This document shows positions 40,862 through 53,366 of a stretch of 64,000 nucleotides of DNA, one piece after another. Under the pieces are notes generated by a model. The model searched no databases. It had not been told where the DNA came from and worked only from the letters and a program-made list of their open reading frames with translations. Location of the stretch: contig NC_087250.1 in the NCBI RefSeq assembly GCF_037042905.1, forward strand, positions 19,160,001 through 19,224,000. Reading direction: 5' to 3'. Position 1 is the first letter of the stretch. The number at the start of each line of letters is the position of its first letter. Position numbers and translations under genes: made by a program. Origin of the DNA: Lytechinus pictus (lineage: Eukaryota).

Positions 40862-42200
40862 AAAAACAGGTGTCGCTAAGGCGAGCACATAATACGCCCT
40901 TCTGTAATGCGGAAAATGGAGCTATTGGTCAAGCAAGAAAAGTGGAAGATGGCGACTTCACCTTTGACCTTCTGACCTCAAAATCAATAATTGCTAGGAT
41001 CTATGCTAGTATCATACACACCAAACTATATGAGCCCAGGTTAAGTTCAACTAAAGTTATCTCGTTAACAAGGATTGCAGAATGGTAAGATGAAAACATG
41101 TCACTGTGATCTTGACCTTTGACCTTTTGACCTCAAAACCAATAGGCTTGCTGGATCCATGCTTGTATCATACACACCAAATTGTATGAGCCTAGGTTAA
41201 GTTAAACTGAAGTTATCACGTTTACAAGGACTGCAGAAGGGTAAGATGAAAACATGTCACTGTGATCTTGACCTTTGACCTTTTGACCTCAAAACCAATA
41301 GGCTTGCTAGATCCATGCTAGTATCATACTCACCAAATTATATGAGCCTAGGTTAAGTTAAACTGAAGTTATCGCGTTTACAAGGACTGCAGAAGGGTAC
41401 GATGAAATACGTCACTGTGACCTTGACCTTCGACCTTTTGACCTCAAAATCAATAGGCTTCCTGGGATCCATACTAGTATCATACAAACCAAATTATATG
41501 AGCCTAGGTTAAGTTCAACTAAATTTATCACGTTTACAAGGACTGCAGAAGGGTACGATGAAAATACGTCACTGTGACCTTGACCTTTGACCACAAAAAT
41601 CAATAGGCTTCCTGGGATCCATGCTAGTATCATACAAACCAAATTATATGAGCCTAGGTTAAGTTCAACTTTAGTTATCGCATTTACAAGGACTGCAGAA
41701 GGGTACGATGAAATTACGTCACTGTGACCTTGACCTTTGACCTTTTGACCTCAAAATCAACAGTCTTCCTGGGATCCATGCTAGTATTATACACATCAAA
41801 TTATATGAGCCTAGGTTAAGTTCAACTGAAGTTGTCAAGTTTGCAAGGACTGCAGAAGGGTACGATGAAAATATGTCACTGTGACCTTTGACCTCAAAAT
41901 CAATAGGCTTCCTGAGATCCATGCTAGTATCATACACACCAAATTATATGAGTCTAGGTTAAGTTAAACTTAAGTTATCGCGTTTACAAGGACTGCAGAA
42001 GGGTACAATGAAAATAGGTCACTGTGACCATGACCTTTGACCTTTTGACCTCAAAATCGATAGGCTTCTTGGGATCTATGCTAGTATCATACAAACCAAA
42101 TTATATGAGCCTAGGTCAAGTTAAACTAAAGTTATCGCATTTACAAGGAAAAGTTAACGGATGGACGGACACCGAGCGTGATACCATAATAGGTCCCGTC
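40862..42200 (-). mobile_element. Helentron-associated element with ~8 tandem ~155-bp units, truncated
   Basis: Terminal hairpin TCGC-TAAG-GCGA, tandem units GTCACTGTGACCTTGACCTTTGACC..., GGAC seed near 42160. Confidence 0.75.
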
Positions 42201-42558
42201 GAGAAAATTTCCGTCGAATATTTCCGAATAAAAAACGTGTACGATGATCAAAACGAAGAAGATAATTCTCAAATCGGAAAATACCCGAGAGCAACAAAAC
42301 CTCTGTACCCGGGGGACGTTGTTTACACTATGAGAAAACCTACTAAAAACAACAACGCCCGAGTATTCATTGAAAATAAAGAATAAATTAGTTGCTATTG
42401 ATACCCATTCTTTTGTACGCACAGATATCGCCCAGCGATGAAACTTAAATTGGTTTTCTTGGACAATCATGTTGTGCATCTTTGAAAGGAAGTAGCTCCC
42501 CCCGAACGTATTATGGTACAGGGGTCAAAAAAACGTCATCAATCACGTGACATATAAT

Positions 42559-43742
42559 AAACAAGTGGAACGCCTCTGGCAGTCTCACCTGCATTACGCG
42601 ATTTAATATAGCAGCAGTGCTAACTTTGAAAACTACAATAAAATAATCATTCACAAAAACACCATTCATATAATGACATAATACCACGTTCATTGACCAT
42701 AAATGACATTTGAACGGTGACTTAAGACTTGTCAACTACACCCATGTCCACATTTCATTCACTCTATCCATAAACTTTCAAAGTTATGATGGCAATTCAA
42801 CAATTACCCCAACATGGCCTAAGTTTATTGACCTTAACTGACCTTTGACCTTGGTTTTGTGACCTGAAACTCACAGGGGATGTTCAGTGATACTTGATTA
42901 CTCTTATATCCCAAGTTTTATGAACTAGATCTATAAACTTTCAGAGTTAGGATGGTAATTCAACAAATACCCCCAACATGGCCAATATTCATTGACCTTT
43001 AATGACCTTTGACCATGGTCATGTGACCTGAAACTCGTACAGGATGTTCAGTGATACTTGATTACTCTTATGTCCAAGTTTTATGAACTAGATCCATAAA
43101 CTTTCAGAGTTAGGATGGTATTTTAATAAATACCCCCAACACGGCCAAAGTTCATTGACCTTAAATGACCATTGACCATGGTCATGTGACCTGAAACTCG
43201 CACAGGATATTCAGTGGTACTGGATTAACCTAATGTCCAAGTTTCATGAACTAGATCCATAAATTTTCAAAGTTATGATGGTAATTCAGCAAATACCCCC
43301 AACTTGGCCAAAGTTCATTGACCCTAAATGACTTTTGAACTTGGTCACGTGACCTAAAACTCAAGCAGGATGTTCACTAATACTTGATTAACCTTATGCC
43401 CAAGTTCCATGAACTAGGTCCATATACTTTCTAAGTTATGATGTCATTTTAAAAACTTAACCTTCGGTTAAGATTTTGAAAATAATTCTCCCCACATGGT
43501 CTAAGTTCATTGACCCTAAATGACCTTTGACCTTGGTCATGTGACATGAAACTCAGGTAGGATGTTCAGTAATACTTGATTATCCTTATGGCCAAGTTTC
43601 ATGAACTAGGTCCATATACTTATACTCTAAGTTATGATGTCATTTCAAAAACTTAACCTTAGGTTAAGATTTGATGTTGGCGCCGCCGCCGCCGTCGGAA
43701 AAGCGCCTATAGTCTCGCTCTGCTATGCAGGCGAGACAAAAA
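42559..43742 (-). mobile_element. Helentron-associated (Tsp/pearl-like) element with ~156-bp tandem units
   Basis: subTIR GTCTCACCTGCAT / ATGCAGGCGAGAC, GCC microsatellite, tandem units; inverse of 51157-52113. Confidence 0.85.
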
Positions 43743-43949
43743 CTGTATTTTCTTTGTAATCAGTTTCAACTTTTTTAATATCAAGACAGTGATATGTAAG
43801 TTAAACCATTAAGTGTTGTATCCATGTATTTCCCCCCAAAAATGTAAAATGCCAACATAAAAAACAAGCGTTATTTAGTGACGACAAAGATTCTGTTAAC
43901 GAAAGTATATGAAATGTTCCGAAAAAGCTTAAGATGTGAAGAGCGCCGC

Positions 43950-44704
43950 ACTGTTCCTAGAACAGGGCGTCGAGATTAATCAATGATTTATCATAACTCA
44001 ATCACAAATACAATAGACAAATGACCTACTTATTCACGCATGAGTGAGCAAAAACAATTTTAAGAGGGGATACCAAAAAGTCACTTGGCGGGCTGTATCT
44101 GGGTTTCAAAACGAAAACCACATTTTTAAAATGCTCTTTAATTTGATACCTCAATTACACAAATTGGTCAAGAAATGACAAAGTTCTGGTCATTTGAAAT
44201 AAGGCTTGAATTTCAATAATTTCATAAAATGAAGCAGATTTACAGGCTAGCTTTCAAACTCACTCGACACTCTGCTTTGACAATCAGCCATGCATTAAGT
44301 CTTTTGTTAACCGTGCGATAGCTTCTGCGGGAAACCGGTGAAAACATGTTTATTTCATGAAATTATGGAAATACATGTACAAGCATTGTTTCGAGAGAAC
44401 ATAACTTTTTTACTTCTTGACCATTTTCTGTGATTAAGGTATCAAATAGAAGAGCAGATATTGAACTTTTAGGCATGCAATTTTCTCTTTGAAATTCAGA
44501 TACCCCCCACCAAATGAGTTTTTGGTATCCTTTCTTCAAATTGTTTTTGGTCACTCATGCGTGAATGAGGAATAATCTAAGTAATTTCAGAACAAAGAGG
44601 ACATTCTAAGCTTTACAATGGTAGGTCATTTGTCTATTATATTTATGATTAAGTTATGATAAATCATTGCTAAATCTCGGTTTCATGTTTTGTGGGACGC
44701 ACTG
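43950..44704. mobile_element. Tc1/mariner-like MITE (left end decayed)
   Basis: Right end GGGACGCACTG-TA; inverted subterminal arms (AATGATTTATCATAACT...AATAGACAAATGACCTAC). Confidence 0.6.
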
Positions 44705-44841
44705 TAGAAAGTGTTAATGCCTTTTATACTTTGTCATGATTTAGGACATCTTTAAAATATTTCTGACGTAATACATTACTGATACACAAACTTTTAAAAG
44801 TCATAATGAAATATGGCATTACGCCAGCTACATCCACAAAC

Positions 44842-44946
44842 CTCTCGACTTTCTTTCCTCCTTCCCTCCATCACATTCCTCTTTGATCTCTTTCTTTATA
44901 ACTTGCACACGTTGCATGAGTTTTGGTTGATTTACCACAGGTATTC
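44842..44946 (-). CDS. KRAB-C2H2 gene B, coding exon 3 (duplicate of exon 2)
   Basis: ACACAG|GA...AGAG|GTTTGT, 105 nt, phase 1-1, GIPVVNQPKLMQRVQVIKKEIKEECDGGKEERKSR. Confidence 0.65.
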
Positions 44947-45337
44947 CTGTGTGTACAAACAGATCAAATATACAAGGTAATGGGAGCATATGATGTCTGT
45001 GCAGATTGAATGACTTTGATCAAAAATTCAAATTATATCTAATGTCTTTCCAAGTTACCAGCTTTTACGCCAGTCAAGTTGAGATTATAACTTTTAAAAA
45101 CAATTTTTTATTATATTGAAATTTGTACAACTTTGTTCAAACTTTAGTCTAGACCTCCTCTGATGCTTTTTCATGATTTCTTTGGGGTTGGAGTCCCCTT
45201 AGTTTGGAGAATTTTCTTTAAAGAAAAAAAGTCTGCTCTGTAAAATAGTTACAGGTTTCTGACACAGTACATTACAGATACACATACTTTTAGATGTCAT
45301 CATGACATATGACATTACGCCAGCGACATTCACAAAC

Positions 45338-45439
45338 CTCTTGACTTTATTTCCTCCTCCCCTCCATCACTTTCCTCTTTGATCTCTTTCTTTATAACTT
45401 GCACACGTTGCATGAACTTTGGTTGATTTACCTGTAATC
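45338..45439 (-). CDS. KRAB-C2H2 gene B, coding exon 2 (post-KRAB exon)
   Basis: 102 nt, phase 1-1, GLQVNQPKFMQRVQVIKKEIKEESDGGEEEIKSR; resembles human PRDM9 GLRATRPAFM...EDSDEE as recalled. Confidence 0.8.
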
Positions 45440-45911
45440 CTGTGTGTACAAACAGAACAACAAATTGTCACAAAAAAGTTCACAAATTTGAACAGATAAT
45501 TTATCAATGAAACAAGTTATCTACGCGATTTTTTTCTGAGCGGCTTGAACAACGTTGATCAAATAAACAAGGTACTGGAGGAAATGCTATTGTCTGTGCG
45601 GCCTGAATGACTTTGATCAAAAATTCAATTTACATTTACTGTCTCTCCAAGTTACCATCTTTTAGGCCAGTCAAGTTGAGATTATAACTTTTAAAAACAA
45701 TTTTTTGTTATATTGAAATTTGTATAATTTTGTTCAAACTTTAGTCTAGACCTCCTCTGATGTTTTTCATGATTTCTTTTGGGGTTGGAGTCTGATTAGT
45801 TTGGAGAATTTTCTTTAAAGAAAAAAGGTTTGCTCTGTGAAATACTTCGCAGGTTTAATACCAGGAGGATAGAATCATCCTTCAACAAAGAAAAAAATGG
45901 AATGTACCTAC

Positions 45912-46047
45912 CAAGATTTATCATCATCTCGTAGTTTTCTTTGACATTCTTGATACATGTTCTCTCATAAACGCTGATCTTTGCCCATTCCTTGGCTGTG
46001 AAGTAAACCTGGACATCTGAATATTGATCCATCTCTGGAAGCGACAT
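45912..46047 (-). CDS. KRAB-C2H2 gene B, coding exon 1: PRDM9/SSX-type KRAB-A
   Basis: YSDVQVYFTAKEWAKISVYERTCIKNVKENYEMMINLG aligns by eye to PRDM9 [38 protein letters not shown]; acceptor at 46085, Kozak CACCATG, donor G|GTAGGT. Confidence 0.88.
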
Positions 46048-46089
46048 GGTGACTTACTTCCAACCAAACGGCATAAAGACTTTCCTGTG

Positions 46090-46680
46090 ATATGCATCAA
46101 ATAGTAGAAATTTGCATTTAATAGTAGAAATTGTGAAAGTTTGAATAAAATATTATAAACTGTGAAAATTTGAATTAAATAGTCGAAATAATTGTGAATG
46201 TTTCTAACAAATAATAGAATTGTGAAAATTTGCATCAACAAATAATTGTGAAAGTTTGCATCAGACCGTAGAAATAATTGTGAAAATTTGCACCAAATAC
46301 ATTAGAAATAATTATGAAAGTCTGCATCAAAAAGTAGAAATAATTGTGAAATATAGCATCAACAGTAGAAATAATTGTGAAAAATTGCATCAAATAGACT
46401 TTGTCAAATTTTGCATCAACAAATACTTGTAAAAGTTTGCATCAAAGAGTACAAATAATTAAAAAATTGTGAAAGTTTGCATCAAATATAGTAAATATAA
46501 GACTTAATTAATGTATTAAATTGAGATGGCCTTGGCCTAAAAAAATATAGATTGTCAAATTTTGCATCAACAAATACTTGTGAAAGTTTGCATCAAAGAG
46601 TACAAATAATTCAAAAATTGTGAAAGTTTGCATAGAAATATACATAGAAGAAATAATTGTGAAAGTTTGCATTGAAGAAG
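46090..46680. repeat. AT-rich degenerate minisatellite (AATAATTGTGAAAGTTTGCATCAA)
   Basis: Tandem ~30-38 bp units with a higher-order duplication. Confidence 0.85.
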
Positions 46681-48369
46681 TCTTAAGGACGTTCCACAGT
46701 TATGTTTGTGCGCATTATGATCTGCGCATATTTTACCTTCTGCGTGCTGACGTCCCAATAGATGAACTGGTGATTAATCAGCTGAACATTGGTTATGTGA
46801 GCTGATTTTTCTCCTTATCTGCACTACATGTAACTGCAGATCCGATGTGTTATTTTATGAAGCTATTAAACTGGAATTATTCCATGGACCATATTTTGTA
46901 TACCTCTACAATTTCAAAATAGTTTCTCTGTATAGTGCTGCAAAGTATGTAAATATGACCCTGAGTTTGAATAAATGGAAAAGTTGTTAAGAATTTTTCC
47001 TCACATAGATACAAAAATTTTGGCGCGTTTTCGGGTGTTTTAAGAAGCAAATTGCTCTAATAAGAGTGCTGATAGTTTGAAAACAAGCACATGAACCCAT
47101 AATTTTTAACGTTTGTACCTCTTAGGTATACCTTCCTCTACAGCTTTGCGAAGTTTGGTGAAAATGACATGGGTTTTGAAAAAAGTGCAGTATTTCTTTC
47201 AAGTTTATTATTGAAATTTGACATTTTTGTGGTTGAGTATCTTTCCCGCAATTTCTAAGAACTGAGAGTGTTGTTAGACTTCAATGAGCTAACAATTGAC
47301 AGCAATATAAATAAATTATCCATCTTACGGATACAGTTATTAATAATATTGCAAAATTTGATGAAATCTTCATGGATTTTGACTGAGTTATAGAGCTTTA
47401 AACTCATTGTTGTGATCTTGTGAGGTCTAAAAATGCCAAATTCTTTGGATGCGCAAATCTTAAGAACATCATCCAATTTGGGTTAACTTTGAAGCTCTAT
47501 AGCAAAAAATCAAGCACATGGACCCATGTTAATTTTTGTATATTTGGAATATTCAGGTGCTAAGGTATCTATGTGCAAAGTATGATGAAAATGACATGGA
47601 TTTTCAATGTTTGGGAACAAGACTACGGAACTATTTGCATTTTAGACGGTATTAGCAGACTTTTGCTTGTTTTCGGCGCATTTTGGGCTGTTTCAAGCTA
47701 ACGCGCAATACTTTGGACACTGATAATTTGAAAACGAGCACATGGACCCCATAGTTTAAATATCTTAACTTCTTCAGAATATATTCCTCTACAAATCTAG
47801 AGAGTATGATGAAAATGACATGGATTTTGAATGTTTGGGAGCAGGACTAAGGAACCATTTGTATTTTAGACATTTTGGACGGTATTAGACTTTTGCCCAA
47901 ACGGTTTAAGGCGTATTATAGACCGTTTCAAGCCAACTCGCAACATTTAAGACACTGATAGTTTGATAACGGGTACATGGATGGAGCCCATACTTTTAAT
48001 ATGTAAACGTCTTCAGAATATATTCCTCTACAAATCTAGAGAGTATGATAAAAATGACATGGATTTTGAATGTTTGGGAGCAGAACTACGGAACCATTCG
48101 TATTTTAGACATTTTGGACTGTATTATATGACTTTTACTTGTTTCCGGTGCATTTTGGGCTGTTTCAAGCCAACTCGCAACAGTTTAGACACTGATAGTT
48201 AAAAAACGAGCACATGGACCCCATGTTATAAATATTTTAACATCATCAGAATGTATTCCTCTGCAAATCTAGAGAGTAGGATGAAAATGACATTGATTTT
48301 GAATGTTTGGGAGCAGAACTAAGGAATCATTCGTATTTTATACATTTCGGACGGTATTATACTGGTTTC

Positions 48370-48671
48370 AGCAACTGGGTGGTATAAAAGTTATGAATTG
48401 TAAATATAATATTAAGAACAAATGTTTTTTAGAAAACAGGATGCCTTATTTCTATTATAACTTGATATCAACGTTTTTCTTATTAAAAAGGTATAATTAT
48501 TCAAGAAATATTCAAGCAGATATACAGCATAATTATCACAAAGAAATTATTTGGCTAAATAAAGATATCTTATACAAAGGGAAAATTTTATTTTATATGA
48601 ATTGGATAAACTCTGATATTTTGTTTGTGGGGGATTTAATGGATGATAAGGGTTTTCTACCTATAGTATGA
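48370..48671 (+). mobile_element. Probable L1/Tx1-like ORF2 fragment
   Basis: PYFYYNLI...IIWLNKDI...ILFYMNWINSDILFVGDL resembles the post-RT region of Tx1/L1 ORF2. Confidence 0.55.
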
Positions 48672-48680
48672 TGATAGACA

Positions 48681-48995
48681 TCTTCTCTTCAACCTCGTGG
48701 TGATAGTGGACGCCGCCGTGAATTTTTAAAGATCGTACTACTGACGGAGCTCGTTGCGGTACTCTCTTATTCCTTTTATGATTATATACATTTTCTCTTC
48801 AACCTCGTGGTGATAGCGGACGCCGCCGTGAACTTTCAAAGATCGTACTACTGACGGAGGTCATTGCGGTACTCTCTTACTCCGTTTATGATTATATTCA
48901 TCTTCTCTTCAACCTCGTGGTGATAGCGGACCCCGCCGTGAACTTAAGAAAGTCGTATTATCGACGGACATCTCTGCGCTACTCTCTTACATCGT
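48681..48995. repeat. Three 110-bp tandem repeats
   Basis: TTCTCTTCAACCTCGTGGTGATAG at ~48683, 48793 and 48903. Confidence 0.9.
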
Positions 48996-50810
48996 ACAAG
49001 ATCAAGAGATCATTCCAATAATTTTAAATCGCTAGCACCTAACATAAAAATACTTTAAAAAGATGTCCCGCCGATCGTTCACTGACCTGTGATCTATGAG
49101 AATTATTTTCATTTTATTTTCCTTTGCGACTTTGCTCGGAAGATGCGTCATTCGTTTATCTTTCTAATAAAAATCACTCATTTTATTGTAAAGCAGTAAC
49201 ACCTCAAAACCCTTCTAAAACATGTTCCAAACGATCGCGCATTTTGCCGACTTTCGTTCCAATGCATTTGTCTTTGTGACTTTCCAAGGAAGATGCGCGC
49301 GACCGCGAACAAAATTTTGATGTTTTCCTTTGTTTTTAAACATCGCCGATTCGATTATCGATTTTAGAAGCTTAACTGCCGATCCGATTTTCGATCTGAT
49401 TTTTTATCCGATTTACAACATTAGTTTAGACACTGATACATGTAGCTTAAAAACGAGCACGTGGACCCCATGTTTTTAATATTTTAAAGTCATCAGAATA
49501 TATATTACTCTACAAATCTAGTGAGTAGGATGAAAATGACATGGATTTTGAATGTTTGGGAGCAGAACTAAGGAACCATTTGTATTTTAGACATATTATT
49601 AGACTTTTGCATGTTTTCGGCGCATTTTAGGCGATTTTCAAGCCAACTTCCAACACTTTGGACACCAATAGTTTAAAAACGAGCACATGGACCCCATATT
49701 TTTAAATATTTTAATGCCTTAAGAATATATTCTTCTACAAATTTAGAGAGTATGATGAAAATGACATGGATTTTGAATGTTAGGGAGCAAAACTACGGAA
49801 CCATTTGTATTTTAGACATATTATTAGACTTTTGCATGTTTTCGGCGCATTTTAGGCGATTTTCAAGCCAACTTCCAACACTTTGGACACCAATAGTTTA
49901 AAAACGAGCACATGGACCCCATATTTTTAAATATTTTAATGCCTTAAGAATATATTCTTCTACAAATTTAGAGAGTATGATGAAAATGACATGGATTTTG
50001 AATGTTAGGGAGCAAAACTACGGAACCATTCGCATTTTAGATGGTATAATTAGACTTTTGCACGTTTTGGGCACATTTTCGGCGATTTTCATGCCAACTC
50101 GCATCACTTTGGACTCTCATACTTAAAAACAAGCACATGGACCCCATATTTTTAACTTCCCTACACCTTCGAAATGCATTCCTCTACAATTTAGCAGAAT
50201 TTGATGAAAATGACATGAATTTTGAAAAAAGTGCAGATTACAAAATACTTTGTTAATTTTTGAGTAGATTCACGTCTTTGAAGATTTGCTTTTTCTGAGT
50301 TTTTGCACCATTCTTGCCAAATGAGGGCGCTGCTGACTCCAAATAGATATAGTTTTACCAATTAAAAGACTTTCTCTTACTCTGGTATACACTTTGTAAT
50401 GTATCTTGAAAATTTGATGAAGTTTGATGCGGTATCCACTCAGTAAAGATGATTTAAACTCATTTGGTGAATTCGTGAGGTCTAAGAGAGGCATAATTCT
50501 CTTGATTGCGCAAGATTACATATCATTCAAATACGGCGACTTTGGAAACCCGTAGAAAAAAAATAAGCACATGAACCTATATTATTTTTTGCATTTTCAT
50601 AATTCATAGATACCAAAGTAACTCTGCAAAATTTGGTGAAAATGACATGACATGGAATTCATTTTAACTGTGGAACGTCCTTAATGAATTCAATTGAGAT
50701 GGTCATGGCCTAAAAAAAAATCAGATTCTTGTTTTGAAAGACAATTATGGATTTTCAATTTTTCTTTTTCTCTGCTTCTTTGTTGCTCGAGATTGGTTAA
50801 GCGTACAATC

Positions 50811-50893
50811 ATGTATAAACAAAGAGAATCGTGTATGAACAAAGAGAATCGTGTATGAACAAAGAGAATCGTGTATGAACAAAGAGAATCGTA
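50811..50893. repeat. 20-bp tandem repeat, about 4 copies
   Basis: GTATGAACAAAGAGAATCGT units. Confidence 0.9.
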
Positions 50894-51156
50894 TCTCAGA
50901 AATGCATGATCTCTCTCAACATCAAGAATCTCTCCGTTTCAATCTGTTTTTGTTGGACATACTTACATTACATGTATGTAGGCTTGGAAAGGGCTGGACA
51001 CTTTCCAGAAATTTTGGAAAATTTCCATGGAAATTTTCAGTAATTTTCAGCTGTTAGGAATTATCTGGAATTTTCATTTTTCCACAAAAAGTGATCAATT
51101 GTGTTTCAAAATACAAAATCATAAACTGATATCCTCAAATATTAATTAAATTTCCA

Positions 51157-52113
51157 TTTTTGTCTCACCTGCATAGCAGAGTGAGACTATATAGGCGCCG
51201 CTTTTCCGACGGCGACGGCGGCGACGGCGTCAACACCAAATCTTAACCTGAGGTTAAGTTTTTGAAATGACAGCATAACTTAGAAAGTATATGGACCTAG
51301 TTCATGAAACTTGGCCATAAGGTTAATCAAGTATTACTGAACATCCTGCCTGAGTTTCATGTCACATGACCAAGGTCAAAGGTCATTTAGGGTCAATGAA
51401 CTTAGACCATGTTGGGGGAATCAACATCAAAATCTTAACCTAAGGTTAAGTTTTTGAAATGTCATCATAACTTAGAAAATATATGGACCTAGTTCATGAA
51501 ACTTATACATAAGGTTAATCAAGTATCACTGAACATCCTGCATGAGTTTCACGTCACATGACCAAGGTCAAAGGTCATTTAGGGTCAATGAACTTTGGCC
51601 GAATTGGGGGTATCTGTTGAATTACCATCATAACTTTGAAAGTTTATGGATCTGATTCATGAAACTTGGACATAATAGTAATCAAGTATTACTGAACATC
51701 CTGTGCAAGTTTCAGGTCACATGATCAAGGTCAAAGGTCATTTAGGGTCAATGAACTTTGGCCAAATTGGGGTATTTGTTGAATTACCATCATAACTTTG
51801 AAAGTTTATGGATCTGATTCATGAAACTTGGACATAATAGTAATCAAGTATTACTGAAAATCCTGTGCCAGTTTCAGGTCACATGATCAAGGTCAAAGGT
51901 CATGTAAGGTCAAAGAACTTTGGCCACGTTGGGGGTATTTGTTGAATTGCCATCATATCTCTATAAGTGTTTTGGTCTAGTTCATAAAACGTGGAAATAA
52001 GAGTAACCATCACTGAACATCTTGTGCGAGTTATAGTAGTTTTCAAAATCAGCACTGCTGCTATATTGAATCGCGTGATGCAGGTGAGACGGCCAGAGGC
52101 ATTCCACTTGTTT
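51157..52113 (+). mobile_element. Apparently complete Helentron-associated (Tsp/pearl-like) element
   Basis: T-run + GTCTCACCTGCAT, GACGGC microsatellite, ~156-bp tandem units, ATGCAGGTGAGAC, ending CACTTGTTT. Confidence 0.85.
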
Positions 52114-52693
52114 AATATAAGCAACTATAAGTATTCTTCATTCTTTGAATTTCTAAGGGTATAAAATATTCATCAAACTGTTATGTAAAAACTATGTATC
52201 CATTAATGTAGCATACAATTACAAATGAAGCTTCTTATCAATTGAACCACCCAAGGGTTCATTACATGCCGCCGCGCACAGAAAATTCAAGCCATAGAAG
52301 TCGTGTGTTGTGGACCCAAGAAGTGAGATCCCAGCACACGCGACCCACTAGTTAGAAATCCACTGCCAAACGCGGTTCGTGGTGCGAGGTTAGTATACTA
52401 ATACTAACCTCGCAATACGTGAGTGCAATATTGAACACGAAAAAAATAAAACCTTGCAATTGCATCATACTATTTTTCATTTTTCTTTAGGGCCTAATTC
52501 AATTGTCAACTCATTCAAGCCTTTTTAAGAACCTACCTTCCATAATTGTAATGTTATTTTTTTAATTGGTTTTGTATAATATGTGAACAATATGAATATG
52601 AATATTAACTTAGCACAGCCTGATTAATATTTTTGAAATGTCCACAAAGTTGGGTGGACACCCCAAACTGAAGAGTGGAAGCACCATACCGGT

Positions 52694-53366
52694 TACCTCA
52701 GGCGATGTTCGTGCAGGCTCCACTCCACTTCACTACCGCTACACCTACCCGAACATCGGGACAGTGAACTAGATCGGATATTCCGAGTCATAAAAGGTGG
52801 GATGGCAATCATGATTCATGCCATGGTTATCGTAAAAATTAAAGAAAAAAATATAAAGAGGGATATGAATGACTTAATATCTTACTTTACACCCGTATTT
52901 CACTCCGTGTCCATCCTCCGGTTATCCTCAAAATTGGTGATTTTGGGCCAGTATCTTTTTCCTCACACGTATTATTCACGGCCGATTTCAAAACATCGCA
53001 TGCGATCGCGATCGATCAGCGACCGATCTCGCATGCGATGTTTTGAAATCGGCCGTGAATAATACATGTGAGGAAAAAGATACTGGCCCAAAATCGCCAA
53101 TTTTGAGGATAACCGGAGGATGGACACGGAGTGAAATACGTGTGTAAAGTAAGATATTAAGTCATTCATATCCCTCTTTATATTTTTTTTCTTTAATTTT
53201 TACGAAAACCATGATTGCCATCCCACCTTTTATGACTCGGAATATCCGATCTAGTTCACTGTCCCGATGTTCGGGTAGGTGGAGCGTAGGGCCGTGGTGG
53301 AGCGTAGGGCCGTAGTGTAGCGGTAGTGAAGTGGTGGAGTGGAGCCTGCACGAACATCGGGAGGTA
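52694..53366. mobile_element. MULE-like foldback element
   Basis: ~310-340 bp near-perfect inverted arms around a ~23-bp loop; exact 9-bp TSD CATACCGGT (52685-52693; 53367-53375). Confidence 0.85.

Larger units (their letters stand above)
46687..50680. mobile_element. 4-kb Kolobok-like non-autonomous element with internal ~220-240 bp tandem units
   Basis: TIR GGACGTTCCACAGTTA, TTAA TSD on both sides, repeated GCACATGGACCC...GATGAAAATGACATGG units. Confidence 0.85.

Noticed and set aside
41412..41937. Repeated hydrophobic ORFs
   Set aside because: They are translations of ~155-bp satellite units.
38697..44841. Hidden PR/SET or SSXRD exons that would make gene B a full PRDM9
   Set aside because: I saw no FGPY, NWMRYVN, ELLVWY or LRERK-like motifs, and the space is largely explained by TEs; an HMM scan is still needed.
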